DNA of 64,000 nucleotides from Escherichia phage vB_EcoM_ESCO49: the sequence record OM386663.1. One strand, written 5' to 3'. Positions 7,046 to 16,294 of the stretch are shown piece after piece. The notes beneath the pieces are model-generated. The model was not told the origin of the DNA. It did no database searches and saw only the letters and a program-made list of their open reading frames with translations. The position numbers and the translations under genes are program-made. Every line of letters starts with the position of its first letter. The stretch's first letter is position 1.

Positions 7046-8461
7046 TTACCAGATATAACGGTCAATCATTACTGCTTTGAGCATTACGCTGATTGGGTCA
7101 AACTTCTCACCACCAAGCAGAGCTTTTAAAGTAGCTGGAGAGAAACCAGATACCATTGCTACACCGTTATCCTTAACAGATACTTCGCAAGTACCATTAC
7201 GGTTTGCTAAGTACCAGAATACCAGTTGTGGCATCTCATATCCAGCTTTTTTGTACTTACTCTGAATTTCTTCAAAGTTTGTACGACCGTTAGCTCCATC
7301 AACCTGATTGAACTCCATATCGGAGAATATGATAAGCTTACTTGGCATATCTTTCTGAGTCAAGTTATTTCTTTTACCTGTCTCAAGAATGCGGTCAAAA
7401 GCTGCTTGTAAGTTAGTTGAGCCATATTCAACGTGTCGCATCACCTGACGATGACGGTTTTGTAAATCACCACTCAGTTCGATGAAGTGAGGGTTTGTTG
7501 AATAAACCATCAACTCATTCTTAAAGCAACCTGTATTACGTTCTGCTACATACAAGGCAAGTGATACACCAATATCAAGAGCAGTAATTGAACCAAAATT
7601 CACCCAAGACATTGAGCCTGAAACATCAGACATACATAAGATGTTTTCACCTTCTGCCATCCAGTTTGGTAGTGCCTTCCACTGCTCATTAGCAACATCT
7701 GCATCACCATACTTAACAGATTTAATCACATCATATGGGTAAACAGCACCAGCATTAATCTTAGCCTCACCCTTTGATAAGGACTCTATGTAGGCTTTGT
7801 AGCGTTCTCCATCCTTACGGTTAAACAGCTTTTGGTAACGTGCAGCAGCAAGTGAAGGAATCTTACTGTAGTCAATCTTACCAAACTCGTTAGCAGAGAT
7901 TTTTTGCTCAACTGTATCAGAGAGTGCAGACAACAGTGTGCGGTACTCTTTCTCACTCAAGTTGGCAAACTTGCAGAAACGTTTTACAAACTGCTTATGA
8001 CGTGGTTTGACTCGTGGTAACCACTTGGCTGCCAAACCTGCTGTTGCAGGGTCTAGTAATGCTGCTTCTAAATGCTTGAAGGTATCTGTCTCAAAACGAG
8101 TACCTACGAAGATTTTGAAGTCATCAAAACGACCAAGTTCTGCAATCTTATCCATAATGCGAAGAACCTGTGTAGGCTCTAAAACTTTATCTTCAATCGC
8201 TTGAAGCAAAACAGTTCTGAAGGCTTTACGCTCACCCATACCTTCTCGTACATCTCGCATATGAAGCAAAATACGAACTGCAACATCAACATCCTCACGC
8301 AAAGCTTTGTAGAACAGGTCTGGTAAGAATTCTACATTGCTACGGCTTGAACCAGCAGCTTTGTAAAAGTCTACAAGAGCAGACATTGATGAAGTATGGT
8401 TTACAGCACCATTTTCAGTTCGACCTGCATGAAGGTGCGCATGTTTAAATAACTCGCTCAT
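7046..8461 (-). CDS. vWA-domain protein with MIDAS motif (possibly TROVE/Ro60-like)
   Basis: 471 aa; DxSGS MIDAS motif in ILCMSDVSGSMSW and a second vWA strand LIIFSDMEF; N-terminal about 270-aa helical domain; sits next to the tRNA cluster. The TROVE assignment is recalled architecture, not an alignment. Confidence 0.5.
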   Translation of the reverse strand: MSELFKHAHLHAGRTENGAVNHTSSMSALVDFYKAAGSSRSNVEFLPDLFYKALREDVDVAVRILLHMRDVREGMGERKAFRTVLLQAIEDKVLEPTQVLRIMDKIAELGRFDDFKIFVGTRFETDTFKHLEAALLDPATAGLAAKWLPRVKPRHKQFVKRFCKFANLSEKEYRTLLSALSDTVEQKISANEFGKIDYSKIPSLAAARYQKLFNRKDGERYKAYIESLSKGEAKINAGAVYPYDVIKSVKYGDADVANEQWKALPNWMAEGENILCMSDVSGSMSWVNFGSITALDIGVSLALYVAERNTGCFKNELMVYSTNPHFIELSGDLQNRHRQVMRHVEYGSTNLQAAFDRILETGKRNNLTQKDMPSKLIIFSDMEFNQVDGANGRTNFEEIQSKYKKAGYEMPQLVFWYLANRNGTCEVSVKDNGVAMVSGFSPATLKALLGGEKFDPISVMLKAVMIDRYIW

Positions 8462-8542
8462 ATTTTACTCTCTTCTCTCATTTGTTGTTTGATGTGACAG
8501 ACTCTAGAGTAACTTTGTAGAGCCTGTCAACATCTTTTAAAA

Positions 8543-8914
8543 TTATTTTTTGAGAGTCGCTACAGCAGAGAACGTTGGTTTGTTATCTGTCTGAGACTGA
8601 CCACCGTTATCAGAGGTCTTCTTAGTGTCTGCTGCAAGTGCTTTCATCTCACCTGCTGAGTGAGTAAAGATGGTTTTACCGACCTCAATCATGCTCTTGA
8701 TGGTTACGTCATCTGTGTTTAACCCGAACTCTGCAAGCTTAGCAGCGTCCCTTGTAACAATCGCTTCAAACAACTTTGCAGCAAACTCAGCAGAATTATC
8801 AATGGTCAGTTGAGCTTTTACGAGAGAGCTTTTGTTACGGGAGCCTTTTGGTCTTCCAGATGGGTTTCCAGACTGGCCTTTTTTAAACTGGCCTTTGTTT
8901 GTTCTGTTTTTCAT
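8543..8914 (-). CDS. hypothetical protein with basic Gly/Pro-rich N-terminus
   Basis: 123 aa; N-terminal KGQFKKGQSGNPSGRPKGSRNK motif, helical remainder. Confidence 0.5.
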   Translation of the reverse strand: MKNRTNKGQFKKGQSGNPSGRPKGSRNKSSLVKAQLTIDNSAEFAAKLFEAIVTRDAAKLAEFGLNTDDVTIKSMIEVGKTIFTHSAGEMKALAADTKKTSDNGGQSQTDNKPTFSAVATLKK

Positions 8915-8954
8915 TGGTATGCCTCTTATAAGACCTCTTAAAAGGCTTTTAAGA

Positions 8955-8990
8955 TAAAAGATAGATATCCAGAAAGATATCTATTTAAAT
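8955..8990. promoter_or_regulatory. palindromic operator-like site in a divergent intergenic region
   Basis: Inverted repeat TAGATATC-N6-GATATCTA between the divergent genes ending at 8914 (minus) and starting at 9164 (plus). Confidence 0.3.
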
Positions 8991-9163
8991 AGCCTTTTTA
9001 GAGGAACCTTTTAAGTTATCTTCTAAGTATTTATAAGCCTATACCTTGTCAAGTGCTTTGTCAACAACTTTTTTAACTTGCAATAGTTCTTGACTTGTTG
9101 TATGGATTACTGTACCATCTTACTTAAAGCTGTAGGTCTGCCTTGTTCTACAAAGGAGACTTA

Positions 9164-9325
9164 ATGAGAAAATCAAATAAACCGAAGAAAGGTAAGAATA
9201 CCAATCACTGTAAGGAATCAAAAAGGGTAGAATTAATCTACTATTCATCCTCTGAAATTGGTCTGTACCTGTTCTTTCAAAATTACAGAAGACAAGAGGA
9301 TTATCTATGTGTAGTTCCCAATTAG
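9164..9325 (+). CDS. small basic hypothetical protein
   Basis: Track ORF 9143..9325 trimmed to the second ATG, which follows an AGGAG RBS. Confidence 0.35.
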   Translation: MRKSNKPKKGKNTNHCKESKRVELIYYSSSEIGLYLFFQNYRRQEDYLCVVPN

Positions 9326-9540
9326 AAATCGCAGATATTATAGACTTATATCAAACTGCAAAGAGTCATGGCTATATAACCTCAATTGGAAAGAATAGTC
9401 ACTATGATGCTTTGACTGGAATGTATTTCAGGGCAATGGCTCAATCTAGTGAACAACACTTAATGGTTTCTTCCAGTGAGTTTACTTCGTTTCTCTATTG
9501 CAGCAAAATTATAAACCGCAGGAGAACTGAAAAATGTTAA
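9307..9540 (+). CDS. hypothetical protein
   Basis: 77-aa ORF with AGAGGA RBS; start overlaps the upstream stop. Confidence 0.4.
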   Translation: MCSSQLEIADIIDLYQTAKSHGYITSIGKNSHYDALTGMYFRAMAQSSEQHLMVSSSEFTSFLYCSKIINRRRTEKC

Positions 9541-10124
9541 CAGTAAGTTTTAATTACAATAGTGATGGCTCTGTATCAATTAATTCACCGTATGCAAATG
9601 ACCTATTGAAAGAGTTAGTTAATCAGTGCTGTAGAGGTCTTCACTATGTCCCAACTTCTTTTAAACAGAAGACTATTGCTAATAACTTGATGCGTATAAC
9701 AGTGACGACATCGAATCCAAATTATAACTTTGATAGTGAAAGTCCGTACTCATTAGTTGCGCTTGGAGAGAGCAGCCAATTCAAACTTGTTTGCCACGAC
9801 TCAGAAACATTTCTTAAGGTATTTTCCAGCCTTATCCATAATAATAAGTACAGCTACGTTGATGGTAGTGTAAACTTCTATCCAGCAAACTATACATGTT
9901 TGTTGGTTGATAATATGCGAAAAAGTAAGCAAGAGCCTACAAAAATTTCATTTGATGTGAACTCTAGTCCAGACGCAGAAACAAGTAAGAACTTTGATAT
10001 GAGTTACGCATTGTCACTCAGTAAGAAATCCGAGTTCATTGATTATGTCAATGGATTTGGTTTTAAGTTTGATGAGAGTATGAATCTTAAAAAACTTAAG
10101 AACCTACTTAAGACCAAAACTTAA
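9534..10124 (+). CDS. hypothetical protein
   Basis: 196-aa ORF with AGGAGA RBS; followed by a hairpin terminator. Confidence 0.5.
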   Translation: MLTVSFNYNSDGSVSINSPYANDLLKELVNQCCRGLHYVPTSFKQKTIANNLMRITVTTSNPNYNFDSESPYSLVALGESSQFKLVCHDSETFLKVFSSLIHNNKYSYVDGSVNFYPANYTCLLVDNMRKSKQEPTKISFDVNSSPDAETSKNFDMSYALSLSKKSEFIDYVNGFGFKFDESMNLKKLKNLLKTKT

Positions 10125-10131
10125 GTGTGAA

Positions 10132-10160
10132 TAGGGGCTAATGCCCCTTTAACTATTTAT
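10132..10160 (+). terminator. putative rho-independent terminator
   Basis: Hairpin AGGGGC-TAAT-GCCCCT followed by a T-rich tract. Confidence 0.4.
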
Positions 10161-10171
10161 AAGGGTATTTA

Positions 10172-10546
10172 ATGCAAGCTAAGAGTGCAAAAGACTTTTA
10201 TTGCTTCCTACAAACCTATATCAATTCCGTGCAAAATGGTGAAAGGTACAACCTTAATGATGTTATCCCAACACCTTTGACATGGAGGCTTGATAAATGG
10301 CCTGAAGTAGAAATTACACCAACAAGCGAACAGTGTACCTACAATCCTGAAATCAATCTTCCAGACTCTGAGAATCTATTATATCCAATGTTCCATATTG
10401 TTGGTCTTGGAAGATTTCTTATGGATATCCAGTATGTAATTGGTAAAGATTATAAGGTTAAAGGTATTGTTGTTGGTGATGTATCTCCGCATCACAAAGG
10501 TTATTTTAGACTAAACGCACATTTAGAGGCTAAAAGAAATGATTAA
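10172..10546 (+). CDS. hypothetical protein, paralogous to the N-terminal domain of the next gene
   Basis: 124 aa; shares a conserved block with the 10539..11672 product (FLMDIQYVIGKDYKV versus FFMDLQYAIINDKDV). Confidence 0.5.
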   Translation: MQAKSAKDFYCFLQTYINSVQNGERYNLNDVIPTPLTWRLDKWPEVEITPTSEQCTYNPEINLPDSENLLYPMFHIVGLGRFLMDIQYVIGKDYKVKGIVVGDVSPHHKGYFRLNAHLEAKRND

Positions 10547-11672
10547 AGCAAAGACTTACCCAGACTTCAAAGAGTTTGTGAATGGCTTCGTTGCAAATGT
10601 AAAGGCTGGTAAGAGATATGATTTTAGAACATATCAGGAGGCTATTTTACCGCTTACCTATAGTTCATATTGGCCTGAAGCTGATATTGCAGAAGTTGAG
10701 GAGTTTGACTACGAGCCAGACTACAAAGTTCCATTTAGTGATGAGTTGCTTTACAGCATCGGTGCTCAAATGAGGACTTCTGACTTCTTCATGGACTTAC
10801 AATATGCAATTATCAATGATAAAGACGTTGATACGGTTTATTGTGAATGGTTGGCAAGAGTTAAACCATTCTCAATGCTGAATGCTAAGTTGAAGGATGC
10901 TATCAAGCCACCAGTAATCACTCAGCAGCCAACTAATCAAACAGTAAATGAAGGTGGTACACTTACCCTAAGTGTTGTTGCAACGAATGCTACTGGATAT
11001 CAATGGAAAAAGGATGGTGAGGATATCACTAGTGCCACATCTGCAACCTACACCAAAGAAAGTGCAACCACTGCTGATGCTGGTTCTTATACTTGTGTTG
11101 TGTCTGGAGAGGCTGGTACAAGTGTTACCTCAGATGCGGCAACAGTCACTGTCAACGCACTGCCTGTGATTACACAGCAACCTTCTAGCCAGACCATCAA
11201 TGAGGGTGGAAACATCAGCTTGGAAGTGACTGCAACAGGTGCAACAGGCTATCAGTGGAAGAAAGATGGTTCTGACATTCCTTCGGCTACAGAGGCCACC
11301 TATAGCAAGTCTGGTGCGCTTCCAGCAGATGCAGGTTCATATACTTGCGTTGTAACAGGTGCAGGTGGTTCTGTGGAATCTGATGCTGCAACAGTTACTG
11401 TGAACGCACTTCCAGTAATTACTCAACAGCCAACCAATCAAGAAATCACTGAAGGTGATACCTTAACGCTGAGTGTTGAGGCAACTGGTGCAACAGGTTA
11501 CCAGTGGAAGAAAGGTGAGGAAGACATCCTCGATGCAACTGCTGCAACTTACACCAAAGAAGATGCAACCGCTGCTGATGCAGGAAGCTACACCTGTGTA
11601 GTTACTGGTGCAGGTGGCTCTGTAACATCTGATGCAGCAACAGTTACAGTTAACCCAGCAGGGGAGGCATAA
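10539..11672 (+). CDS. protein with three tandem Ig-like repeats
   Basis: 377 aa; three near-identical about 82-aa repeats (PVITQQP(T/S)NQ...ATGYQWKKDG...AGSYTCVV(T/S)G...DAATVTVN) typical of an Ig I-set-like fold. Confidence 0.6.
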   Translation: MIKAKTYPDFKEFVNGFVANVKAGKRYDFRTYQEAILPLTYSSYWPEADIAEVEEFDYEPDYKVPFSDELLYSIGAQMRTSDFFMDLQYAIINDKDVDTVYCEWLARVKPFSMLNAKLKDAIKPPVITQQPTNQTVNEGGTLTLSVVATNATGYQWKKDGEDITSATSATYTKESATTADAGSYTCVVSGEAGTSVTSDAATVTVNALPVITQQPSSQTINEGGNISLEVTATGATGYQWKKDGSDIPSATEATYSKSGALPADAGSYTCVVTGAGGSVESDAATVTVNALPVITQQPTNQEITEGDTLTLSVEATGATGYQWKKGEEDILDATAATYTKEDATAADAGSYTCVVTGAGGSVTSDAATVTVNPAGEA

Positions 11673-12136
11673 TGCAACTCTCAAGAAAAGGCTTAGAAGC
11701 TATTAAGTTCTTTGAAGGTCTTAAGCTAGAGGCTTACGAAGATTCTGCTGGAATCCCTACAATTGGGTACGGAACAATCCGTATTTCTGGCAAACCTGTT
11801 AAGATGGGTATGAAGATTACCGCTGAACAAGCTGAACAGTATCTTCTTGCAGATGTTGAAAAGTTCGTTGCAGCAGTGAACAAAGCCATCAAGGTTCCAA
11901 CTTCTCAGAATGAGTTTGACGCACTTGTAAGTGAAACATACAACATTGGCATCACAGCTATGCAGGATTCCACATTTATCAAGCGCCACAATGCTGGTAA
12001 TAAGGTCGGTTGTGCAGAAGCTATGCAGTGGTGGAACAAGGTTACAGTCAAAGGTAAGAAGGTCACTTCAAACGGACTGAAAAACAGACGTAGAATGGAA
12101 GCTGACATTTATCTTGACAGTGTATACCCAAAGTAA
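11672..12136 (+). CDS. lysozyme, glycoside hydrolase family 24 (endolysin)
   Basis: 154 aa; GH24 signature FEGLKLEAYEDSAGIPTIGYGT with the catalytic Glu context, as in T4 E and lambda R. Confidence 0.75.
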   Translation: MQLSRKGLEAIKFFEGLKLEAYEDSAGIPTIGYGTIRISGKPVKMGMKITAEQAEQYLLADVEKFVAAVNKAIKVPTSQNEFDALVSETYNIGITAMQDSTFIKRHNAGNKVGCAEAMQWWNKVTVKGKKVTSNGLKNRRRMEADIYLDSVYPK

Positions 12137-12145
12137 TATCTTCAT

Positions 12146-12172
12146 AGGCTCCTTCGGGAGCCTTTTTATTTT
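12146..12172 (+). terminator. rho-independent terminator after the lysozyme gene
   Basis: Hairpin AGGCTCC-TTCG-GGAGCCT followed by TTTTTATTTT. Confidence 0.6.
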
Positions 12173-12186
12173 CTAAGGAGAAAACT

Positions 12187-12585
12187 ATGAAACTTTGGGC
12201 TAGTGACTTTGGAACTTTTAAGTACACTCGTGATGGTTCAATGGTGAGGATTATTGGCAGCCAGATTGTAGTAAGTGGTGATGAGGTTTGTACAAAGTTC
12301 ACTGTAGAGTTAGCTGAACTATCACCTATTACCCGTGCTAAGAATGGGTTTTTCAGGTTCGAGATTTACAAAGTAGATGAGTGCGGTCGGTTCAACCCTC
12401 TTGGAGAGAGTGGATTAGATATTATTTCTGAACACCCATTGACAGCAGAGCAATTGTCAGGTTATTATAAAACTCTACTTGAAAGAGAGTTAGCAACCCA
12501 CGAGTGTGAAGCAAAATATCACATAGAGCGTTGTGAAACACTCAAAGAAAAGATAAAACTAGCAGAGAGAGGTTTTTATGAATAA
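12187..12585 (+). CDS. hypothetical protein
   Basis: 132-aa ORF with AGGAGA RBS, co-oriented with neighbours. Confidence 0.45.
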   Translation: MKLWASDFGTFKYTRDGSMVRIIGSQIVVSGDEVCTKFTVELAELSPITRAKNGFFRFEIYKVDECGRFNPLGESGLDIISEHPLTAEQLSGYYKTLLERELATHECEAKYHIERCETLKEKIKLAERGFYE

Positions 12586-12973
12586 TAACAGTCATATTCA
12601 CGTTAAAGTTGATGTCAGCCGTTACAGCGAAAATGAGGAACTAGACCTGCAAGATGCTATTCTATTTGAGAAGAATGGTAATCTCCATCTGCACTTCGAA
12701 GGTACAAACACATATCTCCACAGATGTCGAGATGATGCAGATGGTTGCCCTGTTTTTGCTTGGTATAATTTAGAGTTCCCTCTTTACGCAATCCACTACC
12801 CAGATGGTGGAGAAGACTGGACAACTCAGTCAATTTTTGATGAGCTTAACGGTGTTCCGGTTGAGCAAGAAGAGCAAGAGCCTGTTGAACTGACCTTCAC
12901 CTTCGTCAAAGAAGAAACGGTTGGTGATTTGTCTGTAACTGAAGCAATTCAAGTCACACAGGTTATTCGTTAA
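12578..12973 (+). CDS. hypothetical protein
   Basis: 131-aa ORF; start overlaps the upstream stop. Confidence 0.45.
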   Translation: MNNNSHIHVKVDVSRYSENEELDLQDAILFEKNGNLHLHFEGTNTYLHRCRDDADGCPVFAWYNLEFPLYAIHYPDGGEDWTTQSIFDELNGVPVEQEEQEPVELTFTFVKEETVGDLSVTEAIQVTQVIR

Positions 12974-13266
12974 TGAGTAAAGTACAGGTTGTTTTCCCTA
13001 TTTGTGACTTCTCACTAGAGCGTGAACTTGACCTGTACGAAGAAATTACTGACGAAATTATCTGGTCTGTTGTAGAAGAGGCTATCAAGAAACTATATGG
13101 TGGCCTCTTAAACCCATCAAGTAAGAAGTTAAGCACTAAGCAAGTAGCTGACCCATATGTTTCATACGATGCCTACAACAAACCTTTTGAGAATACCTGC
13201 TTTGACCTTATGGTAGGTAATAACAAAGTCAACTATTTCTTCGTCAGAGAGTTTAACGATGAGTAA
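12973..13266 (+). CDS. hypothetical protein
   Basis: 97-aa ORF; ATGA stop/start overlap with the upstream gene. Confidence 0.4.
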   Translation: MSKVQVVFPICDFSLERELDLYEEITDEIIWSVVEEAIKKLYGGLLNPSSKKLSTKQVADPYVSYDAYNKPFENTCFDLMVGNNKVNYFFVREFNDE

Positions 13267-13603
13267 GCTCCATGTCACAGTGTACAAAAACTTCTCAGAT
13301 ATCAAAGATTCTTTAACAAATAAGCTTGACTTACAACGTAAAAGGCTCTTTTTAATGTATGACATAGACAACTACGACCATCCTAAAGAGTTTAACTACA
13401 AAGGTGGTACAAAGGTTGTTGAATTTGAAGATTCTGTGACGGTATATGTCAAGCATGACTTACCAGCAAAGGACATAGGGATGTTAGAGTATTACATATT
13501 CAAACATACCGGTATGCGTGGTGAATCTGTTAAGATATCTTCTATAGAAGTTTTTGAGAAACCTAACACACAACTTAAAAAGTATTTAATGAGGAAACTG
13601 TAA
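13259..13603 (+). CDS. hypothetical protein
   Basis: 114-aa ORF overlapping the upstream stop. Confidence 0.4.
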   Translation: MSKLHVTVYKNFSDIKDSLTNKLDLQRKRLFLMYDIDNYDHPKEFNYKGGTKVVEFEDSVTVYVKHDLPAKDIGMLEYYIFKHTGMRGESVKISSIEVFEKPNTQLKKYLMRKL

Positions 13604-14184
13604 TGTCCGAAGAGCAACAGGATATCATTCCACAAGTAACACTGGTACAACATTTTGGAAATATTGAAGGGTGTATTGCACTTTTTCAACCAAGTATCAA
13701 CTCTCCTGCAAAAGTTTGCAAGTTGACTATGAATGTTAACAATATCAGTGTTTGCCTTGTGGAAGAAGTTCAATATTTCAAGTTTAATGACAGAGAGGTT
13801 GATGCTGCACTATTGAAGTATCGAGCAAACCTCGAAAAAGATATTGACCACAAAGGACTTGTAACACTATTTGGTGACCTTCACAAGCTTCTTGAAAAGG
13901 TTATGAAACGCACATATTACATGAATAATGGTTCAATCATCACCACTTTGATTTCACCATGTATTTCAGAGCCAATTTTAACTGATGACGGTGGACACTA
14001 CGTGGTAGCATCAGCAGATTCTGATTGGTGGATGAAGAACACAGCACTTAAAACAGTGATTGATGCTATCAGAGAACACATCCCTACATTTAGTCCGTGG
14101 AAGGGTAAAAGTGATGATTTTATCGCACTGTTGAGTGAAGAGAGTAACAAGCGCAGTGCATTGCTGCCTAAAAAATACTCTTGA
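13603..14184 (+). CDS. hypothetical protein
   Basis: 193-aa ORF; ATGTCCG start overlaps the preceding stop. Confidence 0.45.
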   Translation: MSEEQQDIIPQVTLVQHFGNIEGCIALFQPSINSPAKVCKLTMNVNNISVCLVEEVQYFKFNDREVDAALLKYRANLEKDIDHKGLVTLFGDLHKLLEKVMKRTYYMNNGSIITTLISPCISEPILTDDGGHYVVASADSDWWMKNTALKTVIDAIREHIPTFSPWKGKSDDFIALLSEESNKRSALLPKKYS

Positions 14185-14256
14185 CCGAGTATACAAAACT
14201 GATTATGATGGGAGCTATTGAGAGGTAGTTCCCTTTTTAGTTTCTGGAGAATAGAT

Positions 14257-14802
14257 ATGGCTAAAGTGAAAGAACACGATAAAATTATTTTGTATGTTAA
14301 ACAGAGTCCTTCAAAGAGTGTTGAGGCTGTTGTAACACACATCTCACACAATGGAACAGTTTATTTTCGACCACTGAAGAACTTAGACTTTGACACAACA
14401 CCAAACCACACATTCAGTTCTCCTGCAAGACTGTGTGCAGGGATTGTATACTCAACCGCTGAGATTGAGTCCTTATCTTTCACAGGTGCTTACAAAAACT
14501 TTATAGGGATTGCTTTAAAGGACTCTGAGGAATCTTTTAAATTCTTCATAGAGACCAACAAAGGTTGTTACGCACATGTTATGCCAGTCTATAAGAAAGT
14601 TGACACAGAACTTACAAGCAAGTGCGAAGAGCTTAGTAGTGACCTGAAGGAGCGTAAAACAGCTATTCAGAATACCATTTACATCATTGAGAGGGACCAC
14701 TTAGAAGTTCTTTTCAGAGATATGCTAAAAGCAGGGTTTACCCCAAACGAAATTACAAGAGAAACACAACGCCAGTTCAGAAATGCTATGGTGAAAGAAT
14801 GA
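14257..14802 (+). CDS. hypothetical protein
   Basis: Track ORF 14218..14802 trimmed to the ATG preceded by a GGAGA RBS (MAKVKEHDK...). Confidence 0.45.
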   Translation: MAKVKEHDKIILYVKQSPSKSVEAVVTHISHNGTVYFRPLKNLDFDTTPNHTFSSPARLCAGIVYSTAEIESLSFTGAYKNFIGIALKDSEESFKFFIETNKGCYAHVMPVYKKVDTELTSKCEELSSDLKERKTAIQNTIYIIERDHLEVLFRDMLKAGFTPNEITRETQRQFRNAMVKE

Positions 14803-15017
14803 AAAAATTAACTACAGTTGAAGATTACTACAAACTGTCCTTGTTAGAACAGTATCGCAGAAGCCAGAATATCAGAAAATGCTACGGTAGACACGCTGAA
14901 TGTGACTTTTACCATTGCTATGATGCAGATTTAAAAGGTGTAACACCTAGAGGTAAAGTCCTACAAAGGTTTGTTGACCTTGAATGGAACAAACGATTGA
15001 GAGAGGTTGGAAAATGA
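14799..15017 (+). CDS. hypothetical protein
   Basis: 72-aa ORF; ATGA overlap with the upstream gene. Confidence 0.35.
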   Translation: MKKLTTVEDYYKLSLLEQYRRSQNIRKCYGRHAECDFYHCYDADLKGVTPRGKVLQRFVDLEWNKRLREVGK

Positions 15018-15517
15018 TTTACGAAGAAAGATACAAGATAGATTACCAGAAGACTGGTCATCATGTCTCCCTAAGAGTAACAAAACCGAATGGAGATACC
15101 GGTATCATAGCACATTTTGGTGGTGATTATTGGTACGGTACAGGTTGCTTTGAAGGCTACACTCAAGAATACTTGAAAGCTTTCTACAGAGACTTTACAA
15201 ATGACTACAACAGGCTTGTTGACGAAAAGAATAAGTGCATTAAGCATGAACACCGTGCCAGAGGTTGCCTAAGTATTGTTATGGTACTGGCGTTCTTCTT
15301 AGCAATGTTACTGACAGTATCAGTAATTAGCTGCATAGCTCAAGATTTGACAATTACACAGATTACTGCAAAGCTACATGATATCTGGTACTTGTATGTT
15401 GTTCCTTTAGCTGGTATCATCATCTCACTAATGAGGTTCAGAGTTCATAAGAAACGACTTAAGGACTCTGAAGTTAAACTTGAAGAGGTAAGTAAAGAAT
15501 GCAACCTACAATTATAG
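14984..15517 (+). CDS. hypothetical protein with C-terminal transmembrane segments
   Basis: 177 aa; hydrophobic stretch LSIVMVLAFFLAMLLTVSVISCIA and a second one near the C-terminus. Confidence 0.45.
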   Translation: MEQTIERGWKMIYEERYKIDYQKTGHHVSLRVTKPNGDTGIIAHFGGDYWYGTGCFEGYTQEYLKAFYRDFTNDYNRLVDEKNKCIKHEHRARGCLSIVMVLAFFLAMLLTVSVISCIAQDLTITQITAKLHDIWYLYVVPLAGIIISLMRFRVHKKRLKDSEVKLEEVSKECNLQL

Positions 15518-15593
15518 CTTTATGTGTTCGTTTTGCAATCGCTGAAATGATTAACAAGGCAATCTTAAAAGACGCCTATGGAGAGACTAAGTA

Positions 15594-15818
15594 ATGATTA
15601 AGACACCTGTACCAATTTTTGGATTTCCTTCTATAGAAGAATTTAAAGTTTATCTTGACAAAAACTTCTACAACGAGCAGCCTGTTACTTTACTGAAGAG
15701 TGACTTATCAGAGCTTCTTGATATGATTATCAAGGCAACTCCTGAGAAGGAACCTGAACAGAAAGCTGAGAAGAAGACTAGTAAGAAATCCGATAAGAAG
15801 ACTGAAAAGTCTGAGTAA
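15594..15818 (+). CDS. hypothetical protein with Lys/Glu-rich tail
   Basis: 74-aa ORF with AGGAGA-type RBS. Confidence 0.4.
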   Translation: MIKTPVPIFGFPSIEEFKVYLDKNFYNEQPVTLLKSDLSELLDMIIKATPEKEPEQKAEKKTSKKSDKKTEKSE

Positions 15819-15870
15819 TAACTTAGGGGTTACTTGATAGCCCCTTTGTAGAAACTTAGAAGGTAGCGAA

Positions 15871-16281
15871 ATGAAAATTAAAGAAGTAGTCCAAAAAGCA
15901 ATGCTTGACAACTCAACTAAAGATGAAATGTACAATGATATTTGTGATAAGTTGAATTGCTCAAGACATGCTGCTAAGATTCTTGTGCACTGTTTTATCT
16001 GGGAATGCTCAGAAGCTGGTGAGAATCTAAAAGAACCTGAAGTGAAAACAGTCCCTAAAGTTGGTAATGTATACCGTCTTAAAGACTTCAAGACTGGAAA
16101 GATTGTTGCAAAAGGTGTAGTAGAGTCTGTCTATCATGATGGTAAATACTTACTTAAAATATTTGAATATGATAGCCGCTATACACACTTGTGCGGTCTT
16201 ACATTCTTAGTAACAGAAGAAGACCTCATTAAAAACAATGACAACAAGTTTGCAGTACCAGATTACCAAGTTTTACGATAA
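15871..16281 (+). CDS. hypothetical protein
   Basis: 136-aa ORF with RBS. Confidence 0.45.
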   Translation: MKIKEVVQKAMLDNSTKDEMYNDICDKLNCSRHAAKILVHCFIWECSEAGENLKEPEVKTVPKVGNVYRLKDFKTGKIVAKGVVESVYHDGKYLLKIFEYDSRYTHLCGLTFLVTEEDLIKNNDNKFAVPDYQVLR

Positions 16282-16294
16282 TGGTGTGATAGCT

